This document shows, piece after piece, positions 1 through 10,658 of a DNA stretch of 64,000 bases. Source of the DNA: Isoptericola halotolerans (lineage in GTDB: Bacteria; Actinomycetota; Actinomycetes; Actinomycetales; Cellulomonadaceae). The stretch lies in contig NZ_JABEZU010000002.1 of the NCBI RefSeq assembly GCF_013149785.1, positions 496,001-560,000 of the forward strand, read 5' to 3'. Every line of letters starts with the position of its first letter. The stretch's first letter is position 1. Below the pieces are notes generated by a model. That model was not told where the DNA came from. It worked only from the letters and a program-made list of their open reading frames with translations, and ran no database searches. Made by a program: the position numbers and the translations under genes.

Positions 1-1030
1 CCGGGCCGATGTGCGGACGTCGTCGCTCGACCGGGCCGGTCTCCTGCGTCGCCACCATCGTCTGGCGCTGCCGCTGCTCTCCACGGCGGTCGACCGCCAG
101 CGGGTCGAGGGCGACGTGCTGCTGGCGAGCTCCACCGGCTGGGCGCACGGCTACCGCGGGGCCCGGCGGACGGTGGTCTACTGCCACGCTCCCGCACGGT
201 GGCTCTACCAGCGCGACCGCTACCTGGGCGTCGGGGGGAGTCTCGTGGAGCGGTCGCGGGCCACCCTGGCACGCGCCACCCTGCGGGTGCTCGACGGTCC
301 GCTGCGCGACTGGGACCGGCGTGCCGCAGAACGAGCCGACACCTACCTCGTGAACTCCTCGGTCACCCGGGACGCCGTCCGCGCGGCCTACGGGATCGAG
401 GCCGAGGTGCTCCCGCCGCCGCCGGCGCTGGCGCCGGGACCGGTCCGCGAGGTGCGCGACGGCGGGGAGCCCCTGGCCCCCGGGTACCTGTTGTGCGTGG
501 CGAGGCTGCTTCCGTACAAGAACGTGGACGTGGTCGTCGAGGCCGCCCTGGCGCTCGGGCGACGCCTCGTCGTCGTGGGCGAGGGGCCGGACCGGGCCCG
601 GCTCGAACAGCTTGCCGCGCGCGGTGAGGCGGGAGCCGTCCGGTTGGTGGGACGCGTGGACGACGCCGAGCTGCGGTGGCTCTACCAGCACGCCTCGGCG
701 CTGGTGGCGGCGTCGCACGAGGACTACGGGCTGACGCCTCTGGAGGCAGGGATGTTCGACGTGCCGGTCGCCGCGCTGCGGGGTGGCGGCTACCTCGACA
801 CCGTGCGCCCCGGCGTCAACGGGGAGTTCTTCGACGAGGTGGCGCCCGATGCCGTCGCGCTCGCGGTCGAGCGGCTGGAGGCCACCCGTTGGGACCTGAA
901 GGCGCTCCGGTCGCACCTGGCCGACTTCGGCGAACGACGCTTCACGGATCGCCTCCGGACGGTGGTGTCCGGGCTGCTCGGTGAATACCAGCAACCCGTC
1001 AGGTCCAGCAACGAGGGAGCGGCGGCGTGA
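1..1030 (+). CDS. Glycosyltransferase family 4 (GT-B), 5'-truncated by the window edge
   Basis: Frame is open from base 2; YCHAPARWLY, VARLLPYKNVD and EDYGLTPLEA (Ex7E) motifs. Confidence 0.85.
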   Translation, partial: RADVRTSSLDRAGLLRRHHRLALPLLSTAVDRQRVEGDVLLASSTGWAHGYRGARRTVVYCHAPARWLYQRDRYLGVGGSLVERSRATLARATLRVLDGPLRDWDRRAAERADTYLVNSSVTRDAVRAAYGIEAEVLPPPPALAPGPVREVRDGGEPLAPGYLLCVARLLPYKNVDVVVEAALALGRRLVVVGEGPDRARLEQLAARGEAGAVRLVGRVDDAELRWLYQHASALVAASHEDYGLTPLEAGMFDVPVAALRGGGYLDTVRPGVNGEFFDEVAPDAVALAVERLEATRWDLKALRSHLADFGERRFTDRLRTVVSGLLGEYQQPVRSSNEGAAA

Positions 1031-2682
1031 CGATCCGAGAGTTCGGCAGAGTGGTCTGGACGGGGAAGTGGTACGTCCTCGGGGCGGTCATCCTGGTGAT
1101 CGCGGCGACGATGTGGTTCGCCGACCGCCAGGTGACCGAGTACCAGGCGACGACGGTGGTCCAGCTGGAGGAGAGCACGACGGGCAACGGGTCCGTCGTG
1201 GTGGGCGACGACGCCGGTCTCGTCACGTCGCCGGTGGTCGCCACGGCTGCTGACGCCGTGCTCGACCCGCCGACGTCCGCCCTGGAGAGCGTCGACGCGG
1301 TGTACGACGCCGAGACCCAGACGCTCGTCGTGTCCAGCCAGGCGAGCGACCCGCAGCGCGCGGTCGCACTGTCGAACGCGTACGCGCAGGCGCACCTCGA
1401 CCATCTGCCCACCGTCATCGAGGAGCAGGTCACGCTCCTCGACGAGCAGATCGCCGCGGTGAGCGAGCAGGTGCGCGAGGCGCGCGAGACGTTGGAGGAC
1501 GACAAGGACGACCCGGTCGCCTCGGCGCTCGAGCAGACCGGCAACGAGTCGCTGGGCGGCCTGACCTCCACCCTGACGGCGTACCTCGCCCTCGTGCGCC
1601 CCGGCTACGTCGCGGTCGAGGCGGTCTCGGCCACGCCCGTGGGTCTCGACACGACGATGATGCTCGCCGTCGCCGTGCTGGCAGGCATCGTCGCCGGGGT
1701 CGGTGCGGCGTTCCTGCGCTACGCGTTGGACATGCGGGTGCGTTCGTCCCACGAGGTGTCGTCGATCACCGAGGCCCCCGTCCTCGCCGGGCTCGCCGAC
1801 GCCCGCAAGGCGATGCGGTGGGCGAGGTCCGAGGGCACGCTCCCGGTGGCCACCCGTGTCGCCACCCCCTTCACCGAGTCCGTCCGTGAGCTGCGCACCG
1901 CCATCCAGGTGGACCTGGGCGAGCGCCAGCACGGCACCGTCGTGGTCTCCGCGGCGGACCCGCGAGCGCCCCGCGCCTTCGTCGCCGCCAACCTGGCGGC
2001 GTCGTTCGCGCTCTCCGGTCGACGGACCGTGGTGCTGTCCGGGGACCTGCGCCGACCGCAGATCGACGCCCTGCTTCCCCCGCCGGAGGGTTGGGACGGC
2101 TCCCGTGGGCAGATGCGACCCTCGATCGTCCCCAACCTCGACGTCTGCCCCATGCCGGACGTCCCGCTCGACCCGGCCGACTACCTCGCCAGCGAACGGG
2201 CCCGGGACCTGGTCGAGGCCGTGAAACGCCGCGCCGACATCGTCGTGGTGGACGCGCCCCCCGTCCTCGCTGCGGCCGATGCCACCATCCTGGGCTCGTA
2301 CGCCGACGGTGTGGTCCTCGTGGCAGAGGTCCGTCGGACCGACCGTGCGATCCTCGCGGAGGCGGCCCAGCGCCTGCGCACGAACTCGGTGCGGCTCATC
2401 GGTGTGGCGGTGGCCGGCCGGTCGGAGACGCACCGCGCCGCCTACGCGGCGACCTACGGCGACGTCGACGACGCCCGGCCCGGCCCTCGGGACGGCGCGA
2501 GCCCGTCCAGTGTCGCCAGTGCGTCGAGCGCCGAGGCCGGTGTCGGGTCGCCGGGTGGCCGCCCCGGGCCGTGGGCGCGGCTCCCGTTCGTCCCGCGGGA
2601 GGCGTCTGCCGACAGCAGCGCGGAGGACAGCGCGGCCTCCGCCTCCGGGACGGGGACGCAGCGTGCCCGCCAGACAGGGTGA
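1027..2682 (+). CDS. Polysaccharide co-polymerase / BY-kinase-like protein (Wzz-CpsD/CapB fusion) with degenerate Walker A
   Basis: Two TM segments flanking a coiled-coil loop; FTESVRELRT, GDLRRP and VVVDAPPVL motifs; GTGA overlap with the upstream stop. Confidence 0.8.
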   Translation: MTIREFGRVVWTGKWYVLGAVILVIAATMWFADRQVTEYQATTVVQLEESTTGNGSVVVGDDAGLVTSPVVATAADAVLDPPTSALESVDAVYDAETQTLVVSSQASDPQRAVALSNAYAQAHLDHLPTVIEEQVTLLDEQIAAVSEQVREARETLEDDKDDPVASALEQTGNESLGGLTSTLTAYLALVRPGYVAVEAVSATPVGLDTTMMLAVAVLAGIVAGVGAAFLRYALDMRVRSSHEVSSITEAPVLAGLADARKAMRWARSEGTLPVATRVATPFTESVRELRTAIQVDLGERQHGTVVVSAADPRAPRAFVAANLAASFALSGRRTVVLSGDLRRPQIDALLPPPEGWDGSRGQMRPSIVPNLDVCPMPDVPLDPADYLASERARDLVEAVKRRADIVVVDAPPVLAAADATILGSYADGVVLVAEVRRTDRAILAEAAQRLRTNSVRLIGVAVAGRSETHRAAYAATYGDVDDARPGPRDGASPSSVASASSAEAGVGSPGGRPGPWARLPFVPREASADSSAEDSAASASGTGTQRARQTG

Positions 2683-3868
2683 GCGCGAGCTGCCGCTGCG
2701 CGTGACGCTCGTCGGCCACTCGGCGCAGGCCTCGGGCGCCGAGCTCGCGCTGCTCAGGCTTCTCGGTGCGACCGACCCGGAGCAGGTGCAGGTCGAGGTG
2801 GTGCTGATGGAGGACGGCGAGCTGGTGCGACCGCTGGCCGAGGTGGCGCACCGGGTCGACGTGCTGCCCCTGGGCCGCACGGCCGCAGGGGTCGGACGCG
2901 CACGGCTCGGCAGCCTCGAGGCGCTGCGAGCCCTCCCCGCGGCATGCACGACGCTGTGGCGCCTGACCCGCCACCTGGCTCGTCGGAGGCCCGACGTCGT
3001 GGTGACGACGACGATGAAGGCTCACGCCCTCGGGTCGATCGCGGCACGGCTCCTGCGGATGCCGCTCGTCTGGCACGTGCACGACCGGTTCGCTCCCGAG
3101 TACCTGCCGCGGGGTGTCCTCGCGCCCCTGAGGTTCGCTGCGCGTCGGCTGCCCGTCGCGGTGGTGGCCAACTCGCGGGCCACGGCGCGGACGCTGCCGG
3201 GGGCGGCCGTCTCCGTCGCGTACCCGGGCTTTGCGCCGGAGCAGGCGCTCGACGACCCGGGTCGGCACCGCGACCCTGCCGAGCCCGTCGTGCTGCTCCT
3301 CGGCCGGGTCAGCCCGACCAAGGGACAGCTCGAGCTGGTGCGGGCGGCACCCTGGCTGATCGCCCGTCATCCCGGTCTGCGGATCCGCATGGTCGGCGCG
3401 CCGCTCTTCGGTGCCGAGGAGTACGCCCGGGCGGTGCAGCAGGAGATCGACCGGCACGTCCTGGGCGACCACGTCCGCCTGGAGGGAGCGGTCGACGACC
3501 CGAGCGCGCTGATCGACGCGGCCACCGTCCTCGTGCACGCGTCCCCCGTGCCGGAGCCCTTCGGCCAGGTGGTCGTCGAGGCGATGGTCCGCGGGCTGCC
3601 GGTGGTCGCCACCGAGGCCGGCGGTGTGCCGGAGATCCTGGTGCCCGACGGCGGTGCACCGCTCGGGCTGCTCGTCCCTCCCGGCGACGTGGAGGCGCTC
3701 GCCGTTGCTGTCGCGGAGGTCCTCGACGACCCGGCGGGAGCACGGCGGCGTGCTGCGGCGGCGCACGCCTCCGCCGTCGAGCGCTTTGCCGTGGCAGCAG
3801 CCGCGGACGTCGTCACCGAGGTCTGGCGGCGGGCGGGCGCATCAGGCCACCGAGCACCTCGCGCATGA
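2663..3868 (+). CDS. Glycosyltransferase family 4
   Basis: SGAELALL at the N-terminus, GRVSPTKGQ and EPFGQVVVEAM; in-frame GTG at 2663 (alternative start 2702). Confidence 0.85.
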   Translation: MPARQGERELPLRVTLVGHSAQASGAELALLRLLGATDPEQVQVEVVLMEDGELVRPLAEVAHRVDVLPLGRTAAGVGRARLGSLEALRALPAACTTLWRLTRHLARRRPDVVVTTTMKAHALGSIAARLLRMPLVWHVHDRFAPEYLPRGVLAPLRFAARRLPVAVVANSRATARTLPGAAVSVAYPGFAPEQALDDPGRHRDPAEPVVLLLGRVSPTKGQLELVRAAPWLIARHPGLRIRMVGAPLFGAEEYARAVQQEIDRHVLGDHVRLEGAVDDPSALIDAATVLVHASPVPEPFGQVVVEAMVRGLPVVATEAGGVPEILVPDGGAPLGLLVPPGDVEALAVAVAEVLDDPAGARRRAAAAHASAVERFAVAAAADVVTEVWRRAGASGHRAPRA

Positions 3869-5015
3869 GCGCTGCCTGACTGTCCCAGGTCGGGAGCCCG
3901 GACGGGATCTCCTCGGCCTCCTCCCCGGAGGTGCCGGGTGAGGTGGCGGTGTGCACGACGACGGCGGGGAAGCTCTCGGCCGGGACCGCGCGGACGAGGG
4001 GGTCGCCAGCCTCCCGGAACCCGGCGACCGGGGTCGCCACCACGGGACGGCGTGCCGCGCGGTACTCGTAGAGCTTGATGGGGTCGAGGCTGTCCGTGAA
4101 CCTGTCCACCACGTGCGGCACGACGAGGACGTCCGCGCTGCGTGCGTACGCCGGCACCTGCCCATGGGGTCGCGGACCCATCAGCTCGGCTCCCGCCCTC
4201 ACCAGGCGCGTCCGCTCCTCGGCCTGGAGGGCGTCCGGGCCGAGCAGGACCAACCGTGCTCCGGCACGGACCAGGTCCTGCGCCGTGCGGGCACAGAGGT
4301 CGACGTCGAGGCGGTCGGCGTGCAGGGTCCCGACGTAGAGCGCGACGGGCCCCGTCGCGAGGTCGTGAGGCCTCTCCAGGGGCCCACGGTAGGAGCCGAC
4401 GTCCACGCCGTTCGTGAGCAGCACGATGTCGGGCCGCACGGCGCCCTTGTCCCTGACGAGGGCGGGCGAGCAGGCGGTGACGGCGCGGGACTCGGTGAGC
4501 AACCGGTGCTCGGCGGCGGTCAGCCGCGCGTTCTCCTCGGGTGATCGGCGTGCCGCGAGCCAGTCGTCGGTGAGGTCGTACAGCACCGGGGCGTCGGTCA
4601 GGTCGAGGGCGTGCACCGCGGAGATGTCGTTGACCCACACGGCCGTCACCGGCCCCTGGTGCGCCGCCGTCCGCAGCGCCGCGCGAGCCCGGCGCCGGTC
4701 ACCGTGGGGGTCCAGCCGCCGCGGCCACCACTTGGTCGGCTGGTAGGTCCTGAGCCGCGTGACGTCCCCGTCCTCGAGGTCACCGTTCCCCCCGCGCACC
4801 GGGTGGTCGACGCGACGGCGCCCGCGGCCTGGCCGCGGCAGCCGGCCGTGGAGCGCGGCGTGCAGGGGGTCTGCGGGCGGCTCGACGAAGAGGACCGCCA
4901 GGTCGGCGTCCGCGGCCAGCAGGCGCGAGACCAGGTGCTGGTTGCGGCGCCAGACGTCGTCCCACGGCTCCAGGGAGTACACCACGACGATCCTGCGCTC
5001 CGGCTCCGGCCTCAC
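3813..5015 (-). CDS. Glycosyltransferase, GT-B fold (TuaH-like)
   Basis: WDDVWRRNQHL, YDLTDDW and DPIKLYEY motifs; GTG at 5015 overlaps the upstream TGA. Confidence 0.8.
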   Translation of the reverse strand: MRPEPERRIVVVYSLEPWDDVWRRNQHLVSRLLAADADLAVLFVEPPADPLHAALHGRLPRPGRGRRRVDHPVRGGNGDLEDGDVTRLRTYQPTKWWPRRLDPHGDRRRARAALRTAAHQGPVTAVWVNDISAVHALDLTDAPVLYDLTDDWLAARRSPEENARLTAAEHRLLTESRAVTACSPALVRDKGAVRPDIVLLTNGVDVGSYRGPLERPHDLATGPVALYVGTLHADRLDVDLCARTAQDLVRAGARLVLLGPDALQAEERTRLVRAGAELMGPRPHGQVPAYARSADVLVVPHVVDRFTDSLDPIKLYEYRAARRPVVATPVAGFREAGDPLVRAVPAESFPAVVVHTATSPGTSGEEAEEIPSGLPTWDSQAALMREVLGGLMRPPAARPR

Positions 5016-6016
5016 AGCAGCTCCTCGTAGACGTCGGCCGTCCCGGCCACCTGGGCCGCGAGGGTGTAGCGAGCGCGTTGCCGCGCCGCGGCCGCCCGGC
5101 CGTAGGCGGCACGCCCGGCGTCGTCGGCGGCGAGCGCCCGGAGCCGGTCGCCCGCCGTCGCGGCGTCGCCCGGGGGGAAGAGTGCGCGGTCGTCGAGCCC
5201 GGCGAGCAGCTCGGTGTGTCCGCCCGCGTCCGCCGCGACGACGGGCAGGGCGTGCGCCATCGCCTCGAGCACGCTGAGTCCGAGGCCTTCGACCGGGCAC
5301 GGCGCCAGGAGGATGCCGGCGCTTCCGAGCAGCTCGTCCACGTCCGCGCGGTGGCCGAGCAGCTCGGCGCGCAGCCCCAGGCGGTCGGCCAGCGCGGCGA
5401 GCTCGGCGGCCTGCGAGCCGGTGCCGGCCACCTGCAGCCGCCACCCGTGGTGCAGCATCCCCGAGGACGCGACGGCTCGGAGCGCGACGTCGGTCGCCTT
5501 CTCCGGCTCGAGGCGCTGCAGCACCAGCACCACCCGTTCCTGCTCGGCCGTCGAGGGTGCGACGTCCACGCCCGGGTAGACGACGGTCGTCGGGCCGTCG
5601 ACGTGGTCGGCGACGTAGCGCGACACGGCGATCTGCGCCTGGACCGCATGCCGGGCGAGACGTGCCACGAACGGCCCGGTGCGACCGCTGCCGCGCGGCG
5701 CCGCGAAGTGGCGGGTGGCCACCACGGCCGGCCGGTGCCGTGCCCAGGGCACGAGACCGGCGGCGATCTCGGCAGCGGTCATGTGCACGTGCACGACGTC
5801 GGCGCCCCGACCGTGACCGGCCAGCCGCCGGGCCACCTCCGGGACGGTCCGGGCCTCCAGGTGCCGCACCCCGTCCAGCTCGCGACGCATGTCGTCGGCC
5901 GCCCCGCCGACGACCGTGACGTCGTCGCCGTGGTGGGCCTGTGCCCGCGCCAGTCGTGCGACGTGCCGCTCGACGCCCGCGAACCCGTCCGACCTGACGG
6001 CGTGCACGATCCTCAT
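5012..6016 (-). CDS. Glycosyltransferase family 4
   Basis: MRIVHAV..AGVERHV, RLEPEKA and EGLGLSVLEAM; ATGA coupling. Confidence 0.85.
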   Translation of the reverse strand: MRIVHAVRSDGFAGVERHVARLARAQAHHGDDVTVVGGAADDMRRELDGVRHLEARTVPEVARRLAGHGRGADVVHVHMTAAEIAAGLVPWARHRPAVVATRHFAAPRGSGRTGPFVARLARHAVQAQIAVSRYVADHVDGPTTVVYPGVDVAPSTAEQERVVLVLQRLEPEKATDVALRAVASSGMLHHGWRLQVAGTGSQAAELAALADRLGLRAELLGHRADVDELLGSAGILLAPCPVEGLGLSVLEAMAHALPVVAADAGGHTELLAGLDDRALFPPGDAATAGDRLRALAADDAGRAAYGRAAAARQRARYTLAAQVAGTADVYEELL

Positions 6017-7140
6017 CGCGACCCGCCGCCGTCCGCGGTGCTCAGCCCGCGCAGGACCGTCAGGTACCGGGCCGCGACCTCGTCCCAGGACCATCGTTCG
6101 GCCGCCTCGCGGGCCGCAGTGCGGAACGAGCCCTGCCCGTGCCGGAGCACGGACTCCAGCGCCGAGGCGACCGCGAGCGCGTCGGCGGGCACGATCCGGC
6201 CGGTGGCGTCGGTGACGACGTCCGGGACGACGCCGACCGGCGTGGACACCACCGGGAGCCCCGTGGCGAGCGCCTCGAGGTAGACGAGGCCGAACGACTC
6301 GTAGGCGCTCGGCAGGCAGAAGACGTCCGCGGCGTGCAGCGCCTCGCGGACGTCGGGCACCGGGCCGGTGAAGGTGCATCGGTCGGCGACCCCGGCCCGG
6401 GTGGCACGCTGCCGTGCCGTCGCGACCATCCGGGGATCGCCCCCGACGACCAGGAGCCGTGCCCCGCGGACGTGCGCGAGAGCCTCCAGGACCAGGGGCA
6501 GTCCCTTGCGGTCGTGCTCGTTGCCGACGAAGAGCACCACCCGGTCCTGCGGCGCGTACCCGAGGCGGGCGCGTGCCGCCGAGCGCTCACCGTCCGTGGG
6601 CGGCCGGAAGCGCTCGAGGTCGACCCCGTTGCCCACGACGGTGGTCGCGGTGGCGAGGCGCGGGTACACCTCGCCCAGCAGCCGGTCCTCGGTCGAGCTG
6701 AGGTTCACCACGAGCCGGTGGGTGCGGCTGCGGAAGCGGTGCCGGTCGCGGGCGACGACGAACAGGTGCATGGGGTTGCGGAGCATCCTCCAGCGCGCTC
6801 GGCCGCGGTCACGCATGGCGGCCTGCAGGATGCCGTGGTTGACGTAGACGTCCCCGGCCAGGGCGTCGTTGTGGCACAGGGCCACCGCCCCGGGCACGGA
6901 CCGGCAGTACCGGCGAGCGAGGACGGAGCCGACCGTGGAGAACCAGACGACCCTCGCGAGCAGGGTGAGCCGGCCACGCAGGCTGGTCGACACGGGGGGC
7001 AGCCAGCCGCCGGCCGCGTCCGCCAGGGTGAACCGACGGGTCTCCACCCCGGCCCGGTGCCAGGCGGCCTCCAGGTCGGCGGCGACGCCGCCCACCCCGG
7101 TCCCTGCGCCGATCTCCGGGCAGATCTGGACGACGATCAC
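6013..7140 (-). CDS. Glycosyltransferase family 4
   Basis: NGVDLERF, FVGNEHDRKG and YESFGLVYLEA; GTGA coupling at 7137-7140. Confidence 0.85.
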   Translation of the reverse strand: MIVVQICPEIGAGTGVGGVAADLEAAWHRAGVETRRFTLADAAGGWLPPVSTSLRGRLTLLARVVWFSTVGSVLARRYCRSVPGAVALCHNDALAGDVYVNHGILQAAMRDRGRARWRMLRNPMHLFVVARDRHRFRSRTHRLVVNLSSTEDRLLGEVYPRLATATTVVGNGVDLERFRPPTDGERSAARARLGYAPQDRVVLFVGNEHDRKGLPLVLEALAHVRGARLLVVGGDPRMVATARQRATRAGVADRCTFTGPVPDVREALHAADVFCLPSAYESFGLVYLEALATGLPVVSTPVGVVPDVVTDATGRIVPADALAVASALESVLRHGQGSFRTAAREAAERWSWDEVAARYLTVLRGLSTADGGGSR

Positions 7141-8477
7141 GGCTGTCCCAGCAGGGCCGGTGGGCGGCCGGCTCGCTCGACGACGGGCGTCGGGACGGCC
7201 TGCTCCACGTCGTCGGCGCGTGCCGCCGCTCCGAGGCAGATGCCGGCGATCAGGTACGGGACCGAGACGCTGACGGCCACCCAGAACAGGTCGAGCTGGC
7301 CCTGCACCAGGCGTGAGGCGAGGACGGCGAACGCGAGGGTCCCGTAGTCGGGGCGGACCCGCCACAGGACGACCAGGCCGCCGATCTGCAGGACGAGGAA
7401 CGCCGCGAGGCCGATCACGCCGGTCGAGCTGAGGACCTCGAGCTCGGCGTTCGGGGGCTGGAAGGAGTAGTGCTCCCCGGTGGTCCACCATCGCAGGCCC
7501 ACCCCGACGAGCGGGTTCTCCCGCCAGACCTCGATCGCCTGGTCGAACCAGGTCAGGCGTTGGAACGTCGAGTTGAACGCGTTGCCCTCCTCCACCTGCT
7601 CGCGGACGAGGGTCAGCACCGCGATGCAGGCGATCACGACCGGCGCGAGGATCCAGGGGGTGTGCCGGACGCCCTGGCCGCGGCGGAAGAGCACGATGAC
7701 GACGGCGACGGCGAGGCTCACGTAGGCCTGCCGCGCCTGGGTGGCGGCGACGGCCGCCGTGAGCACCGTGAACGCCGTGTAGCTCGTCCAGCGTGGCCAG
7801 CGCATCCAGCGGGGGCGCGCGTAGACGACGGTGGCGGCGAAGGCGAGGAGCGTCCCGATGAAGTTCTTGTGCATGCCGTAGGGCCAGTGCAGGTAGACGG
7901 GCCCGGTGTTGCCGACGGCGAGCTGCAGGGCGCCGAAGGCGAGGGTGAGGGCGGCGATGACGAGGCAGGCGCCGACGAGCAGCGTCATGCCGCGCGCCGC
8001 GTAGCCGGAGCGTCCGACAGCCCACCCGACGACGAGCGCGCCGCCCACGAGGAGCCAGGCGTGGAACCACTCGACCGTGTTGGCGAGGTAGGGGTTGACG
8101 ATCACGGTGAACAGGCTGGCCGCCTGGTAGACCGCGCTGAGCCAGAGCATGGTCCGCATCGCCGGGCTGTACGGGCGGTGCCCGAGCAGGAGCGCGAACC
8201 AGAAGGCGCCGAAGATCGCGACGTCGCTCAGCGAGAGGTCCACCCCGCTCGCCCCGACGCGTTCGACGACGACGACGGCGGGGATCGCCAGCAGGGGGAC
8301 GGCGACGGGTTCGTACACGGTCAGGGCGACGAGCAGCAGGGCCAGCGCGCCGACGACGGCGAGCGGGCCGGAGAGCACCGTCAGGGCACCGAGCAGCACC
8401 AGGCAGGTGACGACGGCCGCCGTGGCCAGGGCGGCACGAGCGGCTCGGGAGACGTCGCGGGTGGTCGGCGGCGTCAC
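7137..8477 (-). CDS. O-antigen ligase / Wzy polymerase family membrane protein
   Basis: About 10-12 hydrophobic segments; HKNFIG, TQARQA, R..W....W.ENPLVGVG and PPNAELEVL typical of Wzy_C. Confidence 0.75.
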   Translation of the reverse strand: MTPPTTRDVSRAARAALATAAVVTCLVLLGALTVLSGPLAVVGALALLLVALTVYEPVAVPLLAIPAVVVVERVGASGVDLSLSDVAIFGAFWFALLLGHRPYSPAMRTMLWLSAVYQAASLFTVIVNPYLANTVEWFHAWLLVGGALVVGWAVGRSGYAARGMTLLVGACLVIAALTLAFGALQLAVGNTGPVYLHWPYGMHKNFIGTLLAFAATVVYARPRWMRWPRWTSYTAFTVLTAAVAATQARQAYVSLAVAVVIVLFRRGQGVRHTPWILAPVVIACIAVLTLVREQVEEGNAFNSTFQRLTWFDQAIEVWRENPLVGVGLRWWTTGEHYSFQPPNAELEVLSSTGVIGLAAFLVLQIGGLVVLWRVRPDYGTLAFAVLASRLVQGQLDLFWVAVSVSVPYLIAGICLGAAARADDVEQAVPTPVVERAGRPPALLGQP

Positions 8478-10474
8478 GCCGCTGCTCCGTGGACCAGGAG
8501 CCGCAGGCGACGGCGGGCGACGTCGCGGCGCGGCCCCAGGACGGTCCGGGCCGCCGCGCCGACGACGCCGCCGGCACGCGCCGTCGCCCATCCCGCGGTC
8601 CCGTAGTGCTTGCGCCAGTAGCGCTCCTGGGACGCTCGGACCCAGGCGTCGCGTCGCGCCGGGTCGTCGCTCGTGGCCGCCCCGAGATGGACGGCGAGGA
8701 CCTCCGGCACGAGTCGGTGGTGCCAGCCCCTGCGGTGCGCCCGGAAGGCCCAGTCGGTCTCTTCCGCATAGAGGAAGAAGCCTTCGTCGAGGGGACCGAC
8801 GTCGTCCAGCGCCTCCGCCCGCAGCAGCAGGACGGAGCCGATGACGTAGGTGTTCCCGGGCCGGCGTCGCCCGGTCCGACCCAGCAGCCGGCGCGCGGCG
8901 TCCACGCCCAGGGCCTCGGACCACGCGGCCCACGGACGGGGGAACGGCCACTCGACCTGTGCCGGTTCGCCGTCACCGTCGACCTGGCGCGGCCCGACGC
9001 TGGCGGTGCGCTCGTGGGCGCGCAGCGCGCGGTGGAGGGTGTGGATGCCGGTCTCGTCGACGACGGCGTCCGGGTTGAGCAGCAGCACGTCCCGTCCGGG
9101 GTGCTGGCGGTGGGCGATCCCGTGGTTGACGCCGGCGGCGAACCCCCCGTTGCGGCCGGGGTCCAGGTAGCGGCCGTGCGCCGACGCCGTGATCTCGCGC
9201 ACCCGCTCGTCGCGGGAGTTGTCCACCACGGTGATCGGCAGGCGCCCCGCGATCGGTGCCAGTGCTCGGCGGAGCAGCTCCGGGGAGCCGTAGGCCACGA
9301 CGAGCACCTCGGGCGGTTCGGCCGGTACCGCAACGGAGGGAGCTTCCACGGTGGCGGGTCCGGTCGACGCCACGTCGCGGTACAGCTCGTGCAGCCGCGT
9401 GGCCACTGCGGGCCAGGAGCACTGCGCGGCCCGCTCGGCGCCGCGACGGCTGAGCCGTGCCGCGAGGCCGTCGTCGTCGAGCACCCGCCGCAGGGCGCCG
9501 GCGAGCGCCGTGGCGTCGTCGGGCGGGACGAGCAGGCCCGCACCCTCGACGAGGTCGGGCAGGGCGCCGGACCGGCTGGCCACCACCGGGGTGCCGCAGG
9601 CCATCGCCTCCACCACGACGCGGCCGAACTGCTCCACCCACCCCGGGGTGTCGCGTGACGGGACGGCCAGCACGTCGACGGAACGGTAGAGCTCGACGAG
9701 GTCGTCGCCGTCGAGCGGCCCGTGGAAGGTGACGCGGCCGGGGGCGACCACCTCCGCGCGTCGGCGCAGCGCCTCCTCCTCGGGGCCGGCGCCGGCGACC
9801 ACCAGGTCCGTGCCGGGGCACTGCGCCAGGGCGTCGAGCAGCACGTCGACACCCTTGTGCGCCGCGAGCCGGCCGGCGTAGCCCACGGTCGGTCGAGCGC
9901 CGGGGGAGCGGCGGGCGGGCGAGAAGGCTGCGAGGTCGACGCCCAGCGGGATGGTCTCGATCCGTCCGCGGGCCCCTTTCGCTCGCAGGATCCGGCCGGC
10001 CTCGTCGTTGCACACCTGCACCGCCGCCGCGCGGCGCAGCACGGCTCGTTCGACCCACCGGAACGGGACGGGGTAGCGCTTGGTGAGGTTCTGGGCGCTG
10101 TACACCACGAAGGGCCGGGCCGGGCTCGGGCGTCCACGGAGCCGGTCGACGACGCGGCGCAGCCGGGCCAGGACGAGCACCTCCGCGGTGGCGAGCGCGA
10201 ACGGCTCCTCGTGGATGTCGAGCACCTCGTGGTCGGTGCGCAGCGCCCGCCACAGGGGTCGTGGGTCGTAGACGAACAGCGCGGGGTGCGTGCCCCAGGT
10301 GCGTGCTCCGGTGACGTCCTCGCCGGGACGGGCGACGAGGGGGACGTCGCGCCCCCCCTCGTCCCACACCGCCGCGCACAGCAGCGCGACGTCCAGACCC
10401 TGTCGGCGCAGCTCGCGCTCGCGCTCGCGCCAGGCGTCGACGACCGCGCTGTGCGACACCCGCAGGACCCTCAT
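8474..10474 (-). CDS. Bifunctional glycosyltransferase: N-terminal GT4 plus C-terminal GT2
   Basis: GRLAAHKG and [11 protein letters not shown], followed by [20 protein letters not shown] and FFLYAEETD; alternative GTG at 10480. Confidence 0.85.
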   Translation of the reverse strand: MRVLRVSHSAVVDAWRERERELRRQGLDVALLCAAVWDEGGRDVPLVARPGEDVTGARTWGTHPALFVYDPRPLWRALRTDHEVLDIHEEPFALATAEVLVLARLRRVVDRLRGRPSPARPFVVYSAQNLTKRYPVPFRWVERAVLRRAAAVQVCNDEAGRILRAKGARGRIETIPLGVDLAAFSPARRSPGARPTVGYAGRLAAHKGVDVLLDALAQCPGTDLVVAGAGPEEEALRRRAEVVAPGRVTFHGPLDGDDLVELYRSVDVLAVPSRDTPGWVEQFGRVVVEAMACGTPVVASRSGALPDLVEGAGLLVPPDDATALAGALRRVLDDDGLAARLSRRGAERAAQCSWPAVATRLHELYRDVASTGPATVEAPSVAVPAEPPEVLVVAYGSPELLRRALAPIAGRLPITVVDNSRDERVREITASAHGRYLDPGRNGGFAAGVNHGIAHRQHPGRDVLLLNPDAVVDETGIHTLHRALRAHERTASVGPRQVDGDGEPAQVEWPFPRPWAAWSEALGVDAARRLLGRTGRRRPGNTYVIGSVLLLRAEALDDVGPLDEGFFLYAEETDWAFRAHRRGWHHRLVPEVLAVHLGAATSDDPARRDAWVRASQERYWRKHYGTAGWATARAGGVVGAAARTVLGPRRDVARRRLRLLVHGAAA

Positions 10475-10527
10475 GCTCACCGATCCTGGCTCATGGGCCC
10501 CGGCGCGGGAACGCGGTGCCCGGACAA

Positions 10528-10594
10528 TCACCCGCTGCCCGGGCAGATTCACCCCCTGGCGACCTGACCGAGCCTGTCGCGCCGTGGGTACCGT
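10528..10594 (+). promoter_or_regulatory. TCACCC boxes (10528, 10549; 21-bp period) and putative -10 TACCGT (10589)
   Basis: Read directly from the sequence; the same motif recurs at four other promoter regions of the locus. Confidence 0.55.
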
Positions 10595-10658
10595 CGAGAC
10601 GGCTTGCGCGTCCACCTCGGTCGCCGCGCGACGCCGCCACCACGACAGGGGAGGAACG

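Noticed and set aside
6013..10137. 1374-aa minus-strand ORF suggesting a giant fused protein
   Set aside because: Only 6013-7140 is a real GT4; the rest is an off-frame reading over two genes that have their own coupled starts
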